Assembly: GCF_009914755.1 (NCBI RefSeq)
Contig: NC_060939.1
Reading direction: 5' to 3' (one strand)
From: the human T2T-CHM13v2.0 reference genome, Homo sapiens
Length of the DNA: 64,000 nucleotides
Positions 1 through 26,050 of the stretch are shown one piece after another. The notes beneath the pieces are model-generated. The model saw nothing but the letters and a program-made list of their open reading frames with translations. It did no database searches and was not told where the DNA came from. The number at the start of each line of letters is the position of its first letter. Positions within the stretch are counted from its first letter, which is position 1. The position numbers were made by a program, and so were the translations under genes.

Positions 1-225
1 TCCCCATCTGGCCATGAATGCTGTATAGCCTGGTGAGTACATATACATAGATATAGATATAGATAGATAGATACATACATACATAGATATAGATAGATAG
101 ATAAAAATATAGATATAGATATAGATATCTGCAATGCCATTTACATGGGATAAAAAAGTTGTTTACCCTTAAAGGTATTGTGTGTGTGTCTTTTCTTCTC
201 CCATCAGCATCTCCCACACAGAACA
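1..225 (+). mobile_element. 3' part of an LTR18-type (HERV-S) LTR, with a TA/GATA microsatellite at ~40-128
   Basis: Colinear with the end of the LTR at 23729-24325 (gccattta..gggata..tttacccttaaaggtattgtgtg..cagaaca). Ends in CA and no PBS follows, so it is a solo or 3' LTR. Confidence 0.75.
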
Positions 226-308
226 GGAGGAGACAGACAGGCCTTGTTACACACCTGTTTGCTGTTGTACCTCTGTTTGCTCTTTAGGTACAACAAATCA
301 TCAGCACT

Positions 309-530
309 GATGTTAAAATAGAGATCATAAGACTGACAAAACTGACTCTGTGGCAATATAATACCAAATTATTGTCACAATTTAAGGCAGTGCAAGGCAA
401 GTGTTAAGCCATGCATGCAGGCCAGCAATCTTGCTACATAGCATCCCTATCTCCACTTAAGAGTTAAAACTTTTATATCAGCTGACTCCAAGTTTTAGAT
501 AGAACATTACCCCTTTAACAGTTAAGCAAG
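309..530 (+). mobile_element. Probable old ERV1/MER4-group LTR fragment cut off by the L1
   Basis: Resembles remembered MER34/MER39-like LTR starts (tgttaaaatagagatcataagactgacaaaac). Subfamily uncertain. Confidence 0.35.
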
Positions 531-531
531 A

Positions 532-1435
532 GGGAGGAGCCAAGATGGCCGAATAGGAACAGCTCCGGTCTACAGCTCCCAGCCTGAGGGAGGCAAAAGA
601 CGGGTGATTTCTGCATTTCCATCTGAGGTACCGGGTTCATCTCACTAGGGAGTGCCAGACAGTGGGTGCAGGCCAGTGGGTGCACGCACCGTGCGCGAGC
701 CGAAGCAGGGCGAGGCATTGCCTCACTTGGGAAGCGCAAGGGGTCAGGGAGTTCCCTTTCCAAGTCAAAGAAAGGGGTGACGGACGCACCTGGAAAATCG
801 GGTCACTCCCACCCGAATATTGCGCTTTTCACACCGGCTTAAAAAACGGCGCACCACGAGATTATATCCCACACCTGGCTCGGAGGGTCCTACGCCCACG
901 GAATCTCACTGATTGCTAGCACAGCAGTCTGAGATCAAACTGCAAGGTGGCAGCGAGGCTGGGGGAGGGGCACCCGCCATTGCCCAGGCTTGCTTAGGTA
1001 AACAAAGCAGCCGGGAAGCTCGAACTGGGTGGAGCCCACCACAGCTCAAGGAGGCCCGCCTGCCTCTGTAGGCTCCAACTTTGGGGGCAGGGCACAGACA
1101 AACAAAAAGACAGCAGTAACCTCTGCAGACTTAAATGTCCCTTTCTGACAGCTTTGAAGAGAGCAGTGGTTCTCCCAGCACGCAGCTGGAGATCTGAGAA
1201 CCAGCAGACTGCCTCCTCAAGTGGGTCCTTGACCCCTGACCACCGAGCAGCCTAACTGGGAGGCACCCCCCAGCAGGGGCACACTGACACCTCACACAAC
1301 AGGGTATTCCAACAGACCTGCAGCTGAGGGTCCTGTCTGTTAGAAGGAAAACTAACAAAGAGAAAGGACATCCACACCGAAAACCCATCTGTACATCACC
1401 ATCATCAAAGACGAAAAGTAGATAAAACCACAAAG
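532..1435 (+). promoter_or_regulatory. L1 5'UTR internal sense/antisense promoter with YY1 site
   Basis: caagatggcc YY1 motif at 541-550 and a CpG-rich 5'UTR matching young L1PA elements. Confidence 0.8.
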
Positions 1436-1475
1436 ATGGGGAAAAAAACAGAACAGAAAAACTGGAAACTCTACA

Positions 1476-2447
1476 ATGCAGAGCGCCTCTCCTCCTCCAA
1501 AGGAACGCAGTTCCTCACCAGCAACGGAACAAAGCTGGATGGAGAATGACTTTGACGAGCTGAGAGAAGGCTTCACACGATCAAATTCCTCTGAGCTATG
1601 GGAGGACATTCAAACCAAAGGCAAAGAAGTTGAAAACTTTGAAAAAAATTTAGAAGAATGTATAACTAGAATAACCAATACAGAGAAGTGCTTAAAGGAG
1701 CTGATGGAGCTGAAAACTAAGGCTCGAGAACTACGTGAAGAATGCAGAAGCCTCAGGAGCCGATGCGATCAACTGGAAGAAAGGGTATCAGCAATGGAAG
1801 ATGAAATGAATGAAATGAAGCGAGAAGGGAAGTTTAGAGAAAAAAGAATAAAAAGAAATGAACAAAGCCTCCAAGAAATACGGGACTATGTGAAAAGACC
1901 AAATCTACATCTGATTGGTGTACCTGAAAGTGATGGGGAGAATGGAACCAAGTTGGAAAACACTCTGCAGGATATTATTCAGGAGAACTTCCCCAATCTA
2001 GCAGGGCAGGCCAACGTTCAGATTCAGGAAATACAGAGAACGCCACAAAGATACTCCTCGAGAAGAGCAACTCCAAGACACATAATTGTCAGATTCACCA
2101 AAGTTGAAATGAAGGAAAAAATGTTAAGGGCAGCCAGAGAGAAAGGTCGGATTACCCTCAAAGGGAAGCCCATCAGACTAATAGCGGATCTCTCGGCAGA
2201 AACCCTACAAGCCAGAAGAGAGTGGGGGCCAATATTCAACATTCTTAAAGAAAAGAATTTTCAACCCAGAATTTCATATCCAGCCAAACTAAGCTTCATA
2301 AGTGGAGAAATAAAATACTTCACAGACAAGCAAATGCTGAGAGATTTTGTCACCACCAGGCCTGCCCTAAAAGTGCTCCTGAAGGAAGCACTAAACATGG
2401 AAAGGAACAACCGGTACCAGCCGCTGCAAAATCATGCCAAAATGTAA
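1476..2447 (+). CDS. L1 ORF1p, N-terminally shortened (323 aa open frame)
   Basis: Coiled coil, RRM and CTD sequence of ORF1p, ending NRYQPLQNHAKM. The native ATG at 1436 is followed by 7 A instead of 6, a frameshift. Confidence 0.8.
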   Translation: MQSASPPPKERSSSPATEQSWMENDFDELREGFTRSNSSELWEDIQTKGKEVENFEKNLEECITRITNTEKCLKELMELKTKARELREECRSLRSRCDQLEERVSAMEDEMNEMKREGKFREKRIKRNEQSLQEIRDYVKRPNLHLIGVPESDGENGTKLENTLQDIIQENFPNLAGQANVQIQEIQRTPQRYSSRRATPRHIIVRFTKVEMKEKMLRAAREKGRITLKGKPIRLIADLSAETLQARREWGPIFNILKEKNFQPRISYPAKLSFISGEIKYFTDKQMLRDFVTTRPALKVLLKEALNMERNNRYQPLQNHAKM

Positions 2448-2510
2448 AGACCATCGAGAATAGGAAGAAACTGCATCAACTAACGAGCAAAATAACCAGC
2501 TAACATCATA

Positions 2511-6333
<3,823 letters not shown>

Positions 6334-7064
6334 ACAATGAGATCCCATGGACACAGGAAGGGGAATATCACACTCTGGGGACTGTTGTGGGGTGGGGGGA
6401 GGGGGGAGGGATAGCATTGGGAAATACACCTAATGCTAGATGACGAGTTAGTGAGTGCAGCACACCAGCATGGCACATGTATACATATGTAACTAACCTG
6501 CACAATGTGCACATGTACCCTAAAACTTAAAGTATAATTTAAAAAAATAAAAAAATAAAAAATAAAACAACTGCCCATTTTACCATCTCTTCAGTCCTTG
6601 ACAAGCTCCATTCTAACTTTTTTTTCCTATGAGTTTATCTACTTAAGATACCTGATTATGAATGGAATCATAGACTGTCACTTTGTTCCTGGCTTATTTC
6701 AATTAACATGATCTTCTCCAGAATTATCATATAATATGTCTTTTTAAAGACTGAATAATATTCGACTTTGTGTATGTACCACTTGTTATTAATCTGTTCA
6801 TTGGTCAAGGGACATCTGGATTGTTTCTGCCTTTTGGCTTGTGTTAATAATATTGCAATAAATTTGGTTGTGCAAATATCTCTTCCAGATCTCTGTTGTA
6901 TATTTTAAGTACATAGCCAGAAGGGGGTTTGCTGGATTATATAATAATCTCATTTTAAATTTTTTGAAGAGCTGTCATACTATTTTAAATATCGGCTTGA
7001 GGCCGTAGATTATTGTGACTTTGCTTTGCATTTTTCTAGAAGAGTGATGTCGAGTATCCTTTTA

Positions 7065-7682
<618 letters not shown>

Positions 7683-8618
7683 TCATTTCAAACATTTACC
7701 ATTCTAAATCAAGTTATTAACATTTTGTTGTTGTTGAATTTTAGAAGTTTATATCTTTTGGAAATTAACACCTACCAAATATGTGATTAGAAAATATTTT
7801 TACACTTTTTTGTCATATGTATGTATGTATGCACATATATTACCCTATACAAGACAGGGTCTTGATATATTTTCATGGCTAGTCTCAAACTTTTGGCCTC
7901 AAATGATCGTTCTGACTTGGCCTCCTAAATTTCTAGAATTATAGGCATGAGCCAGCATGCCCAGGTTTCACCCACTTATTAGGTGACATTTGTATGCCAC
8001 TAAATGTTTTCCTTGATGTGTAGAATACTTGAAGGTTAATGTAGTTCCTTTCTTTTTTGTTCTTTTCCTTGTTTCTTATGAATTTGATGTCATACTTAAG
8101 CAAAGTTTTAAGACTTATGTCATAAAATTTTCCCCTATGTTTACTTCTAAGAATTTTATTAGTTTTTATGTTTAAGCATTAAATCCATTAAAAAACAACT
8201 TTTCTTTTTATATATAATACAAAAGAAGCATCCAACTTTATTTTTGCTCTGTAAACATTCAATTTTGAAAATTCTTTGTTAAAGAGATACTTATTTTTCT
8301 ATTGCATGGTCATGGAAAGCATATGGAAGATTATTTTATCACGTATGCGAGGGTTTATTTCCAGGATGTCTATTCTGTTTCATCATCTATGTATCCGTTT
8401 TTGTGGCAATACCATATTGTTTTTATTTTTGTAGCTTTGTATCATGATTTTAAATCAGAAAATGTAATAACTCTTTGTCCTTTTTAAAGGGTGTTTGCCT
8501 AGTCACAGTTCCTAAACAACTTTTAGAATTATACACAAAAATTCTGCAAAAAAAATACCATTGGGATTTAGATGAAAATTACATTACGTTTTTATATCAT
8601 CATGGGTAATACTGACAA

Positions 8619-8917
8619 CTTTTTTTTTTTTCCTTTGGAGATGGAGTTTTAGTGAGTCACTCAGGCTGAAGGGCAGTGGTGTGAGCTGTGCTCACTGCAA
8701 GCTCTGCTTCCCATGTTCAAGCAATTCTCCAGTCTCAGCCACCAGAGTAGCTGGGATTACAGTCATGCACCAACATGTATAGCTAACTTTTGTATTTTTA
8801 GTAGAGATAGGGTTTTGCCATGTTGGCCAGGCTAGTCTCAAACTTCTGATCTCAAGTGATCCACACACTTTGGCCTCCCAAAGTCCTGGGATTACAGGCA
8901 TGAGTCACGCGCCGGCC
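8619..8917 (-). mobile_element. AluS element
   Basis: Two-arm Alu in antisense with a poly-T tail and an imperfect ctgaca TSD. Confidence 0.9.
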
Positions 8918-9317
8918 CTGACATCTTAACAATATTAAATCACCTGACACTTGAGCAAGACTATATGTAAGATTTTGCTTAATTTCCTCTTATTTACGTA
9001 TCTGAAACATTTTCTTGCTTTTGATTTCTAGTTTCATTTACATTGCATGACTTCAGTTTTCTTAAATTTAATAAGACATGTATCCTAACAGAATGTACCA
9101 TGTGTGATTGAGAATATTGCATATTTTGCTGCTTTCGATCACAGAGTTCTGTAAATGCTTGTTAGGTCTATAATGTTCAGGTTTGGCTTTCTTACTGATA
9201 TTACATCTGACTATTCTAGTCATTATTGAAAGCGGAGTCTTGAAGTCCGCAATTGTTGTGTTGCTATATATTTCTTGCTTGACTTCTGTCAATATTTGTT
9301 TTACATATTTGAAAGAC

Positions 9318-9424
9318 GAGAATCAGTTGAACCTGGGAGGCGGAGGTTGAAGTGAGCCAATCGCGAGATCGTGCCATTGTCCTCCAGCCTGGGAGACAGA
9401 AACTCTAACTCCAAAAAAAAAAAT
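9318..9424 (+). mobile_element. 5'-truncated Alu right-arm fragment
   Basis: gaacctgggaggcggaggttg..ccagcctggg followed by an A tail. Confidence 0.85.
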
Positions 9425-10916
9425 AAGAAAGATATCAGTGTTATTTATAGTAATATAAAAATTTAATGTAATTTTTATCAAAATCCCAATGGTATATTTT
9501 TGCAGATTTTGCAGATGGTATAATTTTTCAAATTATATATATGATTTCTAAATTATTGTTATGGATTTCTTGCAAGTTAATCCATCTCACCGTTACATAA
9601 TAACAATCTGTCTCTTTTTAAAATTTTTAACTTAAAATATATTTTGTTTAATATAATTATGACCATGCCCCTCCAATTGTAGCTACTCTTTGCATAAAAT
9701 ATATTTTCTTTATACTGCTACTTTCAACTTATTTGGGTCCTTAGAGCTAAAGTGACTCTTGTAGAGAGTACATTGCTGGATCTTCTTTGTTCTTAATCCA
9801 TTAAATCATTTTATGCATTTTCTTTAAGGTATTTAACTTTTTGTATTTGAAGTAATTACTGTAGTTAATGAAGTTACTATTATTATTTGTAATTGTCTTC
9901 TGTGTTTCTTGTAGATGTGTTATTTATCATTTTTTTCTCTTACTGCTTTATTTTTCTTCATTGATTTTGTAGTGACATGATTCAATTTCTTTCTCATTTG
10001 CTTCTGCATACCATCTACAGGTTTTTTTGTAATCATCTTGAGAAATAAAGACTTCATAAAACATCTTAAAGTTATGACAATATATAATGACTATATTTCA
10101 ATGGAATGCAAAGCTTTACCTCTTTATACCCCCACTTTGTTATTAATATCACTTGTTATCTTTTCTTATTGAGTATCTATGAACCCATATTTATGCAGCT
10201 TTCTGCTTCATTTTTTAAATTCCATAGCAATAACGTGAAAGTTTTGTGCACCATCATTATGACAGTAGAGGTTTCTATAGCTGTTTATGTATTTACCTTT
10301 AATAGAGAGCTTTCTATTTTCATATGCTTTTATGACGCTGTGCAGCATATATTGTCATTTTTGGACGTGATAGACTTTCTTTTACATTTCCTTTAGCACT
10401 GTTCCAGTGGCTAGTAACACACTCAACTTTTATTTGTTTTGGAAATGCTTAACTTTTTTTTCTGAAGTGAAATTATTCCAGTTGAAGGTTTTTGTTTAGC
10501 ATGATTTCTTCTTGTTTAATTACCTTGTCATCTAGGGAGTTCTCAGCTACTTTTTAAAAATATCCTCTTTATTATTTTTCTCCTATACTGTTTTTCTAAG
10601 ACTCCTTTTATAAATACAGTGGTCCACTTGGTGGTGTGCTGTAAGTCCCAATTTTGATTTTTTCTCTATTCTGTTTAAAAAATTTGTTTTCATGAATCAG
10701 TATTTATAAGTGCAATGTTATCAACTGTCTAATTTTTTCTGCTTTATTAAATCCGCTTTTGTGACTGCTGATTAAATTTTTAATATAGTTACTGTGTTCT
10801 TCAGAGTCACAATTTTTCTTGGTTTTTAAAAATCTTTTTATTGATATCTCGTTTTCTTCATGCATCACTTCTAATATTCTTTTGTTGTCTATGTTCTGTT
10901 TTTGTTCATTAAGCAC

Positions 10917-13680
<2,764 letters not shown>

Positions 13681-13704
13681 CCTGGGGTCGTGGTGAGATT
13701 CTCC

Positions 13705-13900
13705 CTTGGATGCCCCTGTTCTACAGTAAAGGAAAATCTTTGGAATGTAAAAAGAGAGAAAATAATAGGCATCACCCCAATAGGCAAGAATGAACAAATA
13801 ACAAAGATGAGAGGTGCAAAGGCCAAGGAGGAAACTTTAAAAATGTGATGTGGGAAGTTCGCTTCAATGAAATTGGTTCTGGAAAATCCTAGATTTACTT
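13705..13900 (+). pseudogene. Degenerate KRAB-B exon plus start of the following intron of a ZNF91-like zinc-finger gene
   Basis: KENLWNVKRE resembles KRAB-B KEPWNVKRHE. It is followed by a dead donor (ataggc) and gatgagaggtgcaaaggccaaggag..aaaatgtgatgtgggaag, like ZNF91-family introns (from memory). Confidence 0.5.
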
Positions 13901-14967
13901 CTTTTGCTGCCACAGATGGACATTTCCTACCCTATGCTTATTATGCTCCTAAATCTTCTAAGGCTCCTCCTGTCCCTCCACTAACATTCCAGGGCATTCA
14001 CAGTGACAGCCGAAGTTCTCCTCTTCTTTCTGCTATTCCCTTGAAGGCCTTGTGGTCTGAGTGTTTTTCCATTGTTTTGGGGGATCTGGGGAAATCTGCA
14101 CATTTTGCGAGACTTCTATATTAAGCTATTTTGTAAAAATCTGTTCCTCATGTCAGAAGTTTGTGAGAGTAAAAGTGCAGGCATTGGGGTTTGGTTCACA
14201 TATTTCAGAAACACCAAGGACAAATGTTTCTGCTTCATAATTTTCAGTCCTATGATTTCAAATGTGATCCTGCAAAAAAATCGGAAAAACTTTTATCAGA
14301 GCCCAAAACATCTCAGCACATATGATATAGTGAAGCTTGTATTTCACTTTATTCTTTTTTTCATCTCTGGTAATGGAGGTCAAAAAGTTTTCTTTTCCTT
14401 GGTAGAAATTAACTTAAAAACGTGAACTCTCTATGCCAAGCACCTCACCTGTGGAATAGTTTATTGTATCTACTCACCTCAAAGAATTTTTAAAGACCTT
14501 AATGCCATAGAAAAACTTAGAAACCTGCCAAGAATAGAATAAATTCTTAATTGTTACATTATTTCTTATTGAGTTATTTTATTATTTAATCTTACATAAA
14601 GCTTAGTGGGACTGTGATCTGCACGTTTTCACTTTTTGATTTTTATGTATCCCAAATTAGCCTATAATTTTAGCTTCAGGGATTTCAGAATAGCATACTT
14701 GAATTTATGTGTTATATAAAAAGTGAATTACTTAGTATGCACCTCACATTAATAAAATTTCAGTTTGTGTGTCTAAGTTTACTGCATAGAAAAACTTATC
14801 ATTAGTGTTTCTATTAACTTTCCTCAACATTATCCGAATGATAGTATAATTTATTTCTCATTGCTTATTATGTAGTAGTGTTTCATTGCATATTTTTCAA
14901 TATTCATGTTGTTCCCATATTTAAAAATGTAAAGCTTTTCTTTACTTAAAAAAAAAAATAAATTATA

Positions 14968-15248
14968 GGCCAGTGCGGTGGCTCACGCTTGTAATCCCAG
15001 TACTTTAAGAGGCTGAGGTGGGTGGATCAAAATGTCAGGGGTTCAAGACCAGCCTGGCCAACATGGTGAAACCCCGTCTCCACTAAAACCACAAAAAGAA
15101 TGAGCAGGGCATGGGGGCGGGTGCCTATAATCCCAGCTACTCGGGAGGCTGGGGCAGAGAATTGCTTCAGCCTGGTAGGTGGAGGATGCAGTGAGCCAAG
15201 GTCTCGCCACTACACTCCAGCCTGGGTAACAGAGCGAGACTCTGTTCT
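14968..15248 (+). mobile_element. AluS (Sg-like), tail missing
   Basis: ggccagtgcggtggctcacgc through gagcgagactctgt. Confidence 0.9.
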
Positions 15249-15861
15249 CTAATATCATTGAAATCTTCATTAAAATTTTCTTCTAAATGTTCTTTATAGA
15301 AGATTATAATGCATTTGTTGTGAAATTTTGTTACTCTAACCATATGCTAATAATTCAAAATCTGTTCTTTATGGGTGTCCAGTTATGGTTGAATATTTCA
15401 GTTATCTAGAAAGAGTCTTCTTCAGTTGCAAGATTTGTTTATTCAGTATTTCACAGGTTAATGTTTATCCAATTTTGTTTTGTAATATTTTATATTCCTG
15501 TATTTTCCTGTTAGGATAGGCTGTCTTACATCATTTAAGTGTGTTTTTAGTTTCTGCTTCTATGTTATAATTTTTTATGACTATATTTAACTGTGTACAC
15601 TTTAAAAGAGTGTAGAAAAAAAGTCAAATATGAATCAACCATATGTGTATTGCCAACATAATTCTCTGTTCGTTTGACTGTATAAACATTACTCATGCTT
15701 TATTTATGACTTCTGTATTTATTTAATTAGTTGGTGGTCAATTATTTTTTTAATCCTCTCTGGGTGAGTAGTTGTGGAAATTGCCCTAATTTCCACATCT
15801 ATGTATTAATGAATCTATATTACGTTTGCGTGAGGAAAACACCTCTGTGATGCGAGGGTAA

Positions 15862-16315
15862 TTTTTTTTTTTTTTTTTTTTTGACCACAGAAGTTTTTAT
15901 TGCCCTCCTGCTCCGCAAAGGGACCTTGCTTCTGCTGGCTTAGCACCTCAAGACGTCTGTGATGTTGGTCTCAGACACCACTTTGCCGTCCACTATCCTG
16001 TGGGTGTTGGTCTTTTGGATGCTTTACAGGTATTTGCTGCTGTCCAGAATACCACCAAGATTGAAGTCCTCCCCATCTTCTAGCAGGCGGCAGTAGGTGG
16101 CAATCTCTGTGAAATGGGACACAGAGATCCAGGAGCCCCAGACCCCACGCCTCATAGAAGCTCGCCGCGCTGCTGACCTGCTGAGCACTTTAGCTGGGCG
16201 ACTGGACAGATCCCAGGGACAGGTAGTAGTTGATGGAGAAGGTGCGGAGCAAGTGGTGAAGCTCGCTGTGTACGGGGAGGAAAGCGAGAGGACAGGACTC
16301 AGGTTTTGCCGAGGT
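15862..16315 (-). pseudogene. KRT18: KRT18 processed pseudogene with a large internal deletion
   Basis: Poly(A), AATAAA and a C-terminal EIATY.RLLEDGEDFNLG..IVDGKVVSET segment (15940-16107) fused directly to the KRT18 5'UTR and head region (16108-16315). Confidence 0.9.
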
Positions 16316-16379
16316 CCTGAAGATAATTATTGAAATGCATTAAAACGGTATCTCACTTAGATATTATTATTGTTTACAT

Positions 16380-17276
16380 TGTTATAAGAAACATATAAAA
16401 TTGACAATTATTTACAATTTTACAATAATTTACAATGACAATAATTATATAGTTTAGACTTTTCAGCACATTGACATTATTCGACGTATCTCTAGAACAT
16501 TTTTATCTTACAAAACTAAAACTCAATACACCTGAAACAACTGCCTGTCTTCTCCTTTGTTCAGCCCTTTACAAATGCTATCTTATTCTCTGTTTCTAAG
16601 GATGTTACTACTTTAGATATTTTATACATGTGGATACACTCAGTATCTGTCTTGTAGCTGGCTTATTTTATTTAGCATAATGTCATCAAGATTTTATTTT
16701 TATTATAGATAAAAGGTTTTCTGCTTTTCAAAAGCTGGGTAATATTCTATTGTTTTTATATTCCAAATTGTACCCATTCATTTGTTTGTTGAGGGAAGTA
16801 TGGATTGCTTTAACCTATTGATTTTTGTAAGTAAAGCTACAATAAATACGTGAGCGTTTACATCTTTTTTGCACTCGGTTTTATTAGTCTATTTGTCTGT
16901 CTTTATGCCAGTAACAAACTACTTAGATTACTGTAGATTTGTAACAGGTTTTGAAAACAGGAATTGTAATGTTTCCAAAATTTTTCTCTTTTTGAAAACT
17001 GTAGAGTTCTTTGTGGTCTCCTGAAATTCCATATACTTTTGGGAGTCACATTTTCTGTATCTGTCAAAAATAAAATTAAGAATTTTATAGGGATTGTATT
17101 AAATCTGTAGGTCACTTTTGGCATTATAGACATGTTCAAAATAGTAAGTTTTCTAACTCTTGAACAAAAGCATGTTCAAGAGTAAATTGCTTAATTTTTA
17201 CATATTTGTGAATTGTATGAATTTTCTTCTGTTATCGATTGCTAGTTTTAATCCTTTTTGGTCAGAAATTATAGTA
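16380..17276 (-). mobile_element. Old L1M remnant (resumes at ~22883-23720)
   Basis: ORF 16903..17139 (PKVTYRFNTIPIK) is L1 ORF2-like and is preceded by L1MB-type 3'UTR. Confidence 0.75.
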
Positions 17277-17288
17277 TGTAACATTCAA

Positions 17289-22865
<5,577 letters not shown>

Positions 22866-23458
22866 TGTAACATTCAATTTTTCAAAAATTCTGTTCAGAA
22901 TTGTTTTTTGGCTTCATAGTTATTTTTAGGAGAATGTTTCATGAGCTTTTGAGAAGATTGTGAGTTTTGTTTTTGTGTAGAGTGTTCTGTATGCATCTGT
23001 TATATCTAATTGCTTTACAGTATTTTCATGTCGTCTGTTTACTTTTTAATATTCTATCTGGCTTTTTTATTAATTACAGAACTGGTGTATTAAAATATTA
23101 TACTTTTAATATATTGCCGTTTTTGCTTATGTTCTGTCAAGATATTATTGATATATTTAAAAATACTCATGTAAGGTGCATACATATTTGTGTGAATACA
23201 TAATTAGATATATACACACAATTATGTAAATGTGTATAATTGTCATAGGTTTCCAGTGAATAAACCCTTTTATTATTTTGTCCTTTGTTTTTCTGACAAT
23301 TTGATTTCATAATATATTTTATAAACTAAGACAGTTATTTAAAAAGCATTTTGCATACTATAATTGTGACATAGTCTGTCCTCATTTGGTTATGATTTGC
23401 ATAATTTTTTGGATGCATCTTGCCACATTTAGTCTGTTTTTGTTACTATAGAGTAAGA

Positions 23459-23583
23459 TGGCTCATATCTGTCATCCTAGCATTTTAGGAGATTGAGGTG
23501 GGAGGATCACGTGAAACCAGGAGTTTGAGACCAGCCTGGGAAACAAAGCAATACCAAGTCTCTAAAATAAATAAATAAATAAA
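23459..23583 (+). mobile_element. FLAM or AluJ left monomer
   Basis: tggctcatatctgtcatcctagc..gagtttgagaccagcctggg with a (taaa)n tail. Confidence 0.8.
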
Positions 23584-23728
23584 TTGAGTCCCTTTAGACA
23601 GATGTAGTTAGATTTTCTTTCTTTTTTTTTTTTAATTCCTATACTCAATTTATGACTTTTGGTTGAGAAGTTTAGTTTGTGAGTAGTTACATAATTTCCT
23701 GCATTTGAAGGAATTACTTTTGACACTT

Positions 23729-24247
23729 TGTGGAGTAAAATTTAAATATTAAATTTGAACTCAATTGAATCTGGACTCAAACAATGGTCACCAAGTCCTG
23801 GAACAGGTTGTGTGAGCCCCTTGAGGCTTTCATCCAGCGCTGTTTCGGATAAATCTCTATTTCAATTTATTCCTATATGTTAGTTACTGAAAAACAACAG
23901 ACAATCAAAAAAACAAGTTGATCTTTTTCTTTTCCTTGAGCCCAGAAATGAAGGGCCCTCCTGACTGGACGTCATGCCAGATAACTCATTACAAAAAGAG
24001 CTAGGGTTCCAGACTGTGCCAAAACTTCATGAGATCTCTTCTCATCTGTTCACGGACAAGTGGCCAACTCTGGAGCCCAGTCTGTTGCTTCGCAGTCTGG
24101 TGGTGAATCCTCCATAGTCTGATGAGTGTAAATATATATATCTCTTTTCCCTTCTCTCCGTCCCATTGCAACTTGCTTATTATATCATTTGCTTATTATA
24201 TCTGCATTGCCATTTACGTGGGATACAGTTTGTTTACCCTTAAAGGT

Positions 24248-24292
<45 letters not shown>

Positions 24293-24325
24293 CCTTCTCT
24301 CCTTGAGCATTTCCTGCGCAGAACA
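23729..24325 (+). mobile_element. LTR18-type 5' LTR of HERV-S (HERVL18), containing (TG)n at ~24250-24290
   Basis: TG..CA termini, ~600 bp, immediately followed by a PBS. Confidence 0.8.
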
Positions 24326-26050
24326 TTTTTGGCTTCACGAACAGGATCCGAAAGCAAAAGCATGCCATTTTTTGGTGCAGGGACCAGACTGGGAGCTCGG
24401 GGACTTTCCATATCTTCAGATGGGAACTCCCCTAGTTCTTCCCCTTGGCCATTCAGTGGTCCAAGGGAGCTGGCGTTTGTGAAAATAGGCAATCTAAGTT
24501 AGTGCATTTTGAATCATTGGCTGTGTGTGAGGAGGTGCAGGGAATCCCAGTTGGTAAATGGGATGCTGAGAGAATTTCCCGGCATGGATGGTGCTTGCTT
24601 ACTGCTTATAAGTTAATGTGTCAAGATAGGAATCAGCTGCTACAACAGAAATGTAAGCCAGAAAAGAAAATGCTAATCTGACTTCCAGGCTGGCCCTGGC
24701 CCATGGCCAGGCCTATGTCTTGACTGATCAGCCTCAAAGTTATCAGCCTATTGCTGAAAAAAAGCAGCTGCCTGAGTGGCCCAGTCAGCGTAAAACTGAA
24801 GAACTAGTCAGCTGGGGCTTGGATCCGGTAAAAACCCAAATCCTATCTCAAGGATGGGAAGTTAACCCTAGTAAAATTCAAGGACCTCCACAAACTGTAA
24901 AGTTCCTTGGCATCCTATGGAATGCAGGGAAACAGTCCATTTTACCAAAGGCTAAGGCTAAAATACTAGAATTTGCAGCCCTACCACTGAAAAGGAGGTC
25001 CAAAATTGTATTGGTTTGTTTGGATTCTGGAGACATCATATTCCCCATTTGGGTAACATTTTACAACCTCTGCATGCGGTCACTAGAAAACGCTATGACT
25101 TTCACTGAAGACAGAAAGTGAGCGTGGCTTTTCAACCAGCCAAACAAGCAGAGCAACAGTATGGCCCTTACAGGATGGGCCAGTAGAACTGCAAGTAACT
25201 GTCCTAGATCAACACGCTCATTGGAGCCTTAGGTAGAAACAAGATGGGAAGAGATACCTTTGGGGTTTTAGACCCAGAAGCTGTCAGAGGCTAGCAAAGC
25301 TTATACTCTTTGAGAAGCAGCTGTTGACCTGCTACTGGGCTTTACAGGAAACAGAACACCTTTGTCTTAATCATGATGTTTTTATGAGGCCCCAAATTCC
25401 TAATATGACTTGGGTCATGAACTCCCTCAAACCTCATTGGATAGGGTACACTCAAGAAAGTAAATGGAAATGGCACATACAAGACCAGGCTAAGCCGGAA
25501 CCAAAACAGGTATCATTTTTAAATGAGGATGTGCAAAACTTGCCAGCTCAGCAAACCACTGAGCAAGTCCTGCAGATAAGGAAGGAAACCTCCCCTGCCC
25601 AATGGGGCAAATCCTTTAAAGAACCAAGCCCAGACGATCAGAGACATGCTTGGTTTGCTGATGATTCCACCAAATATATTGATGGGACCCGATGCTGGGA
25701 GGCCGTGGCTTATAATCCTGTTAAAAACATAAGCATTTCTGAGGAAGGGAGGGGTGTTAGCAGCCAGCTGGCTGAACTAGAATCTGTTCTCTGAACTATT
25801 CAGGAGGAGGCCAGAGGGATTTGTTACTTGTATACCTACTCTTGCTTAGCAGAAAATGGTCTTACTACCTAGTTGCCCGAATGGCAATGAAACAAATGGT
25901 GAATTACGAATAAAGAGGTTTGGAGAAAACAATACTAGGAAGATATCTGAATCCTGGTGCACACTACCATTATTGCTGTTTTCCAGATTGATGCTCGTAC
26001 ATCTCTGCTTTCTCTTGACAGACTATTCCATCAGCAGGTAGATCAACAGG
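24326..26050 (+). mobile_element. HERV-S internal remnant: short gag piece, then RT C-terminus and RNase H; 3' part lost
   Basis: GWEVNPSKIQGP..VKFLGILW (RT) and AWFADDS..SSQLAEL (RNase H), broken by stops and frameshifts. Confidence 0.82.
24330..24347 (+). promoter_or_regulatory. Primer-binding site complementary to tRNA-Ser(CGA)
   Basis: tggcttcacgaacaggat versus the expected TGGCGTCACGAACAGGAT, 17/18 (tRNA sequence from memory). Confidence 0.85.

Noticed and set aside
906-980. L1 antisense ORF0 (MAGAPPPASL..)
   Set aside because: It terminates at codon 25 (TGA at 908-906).
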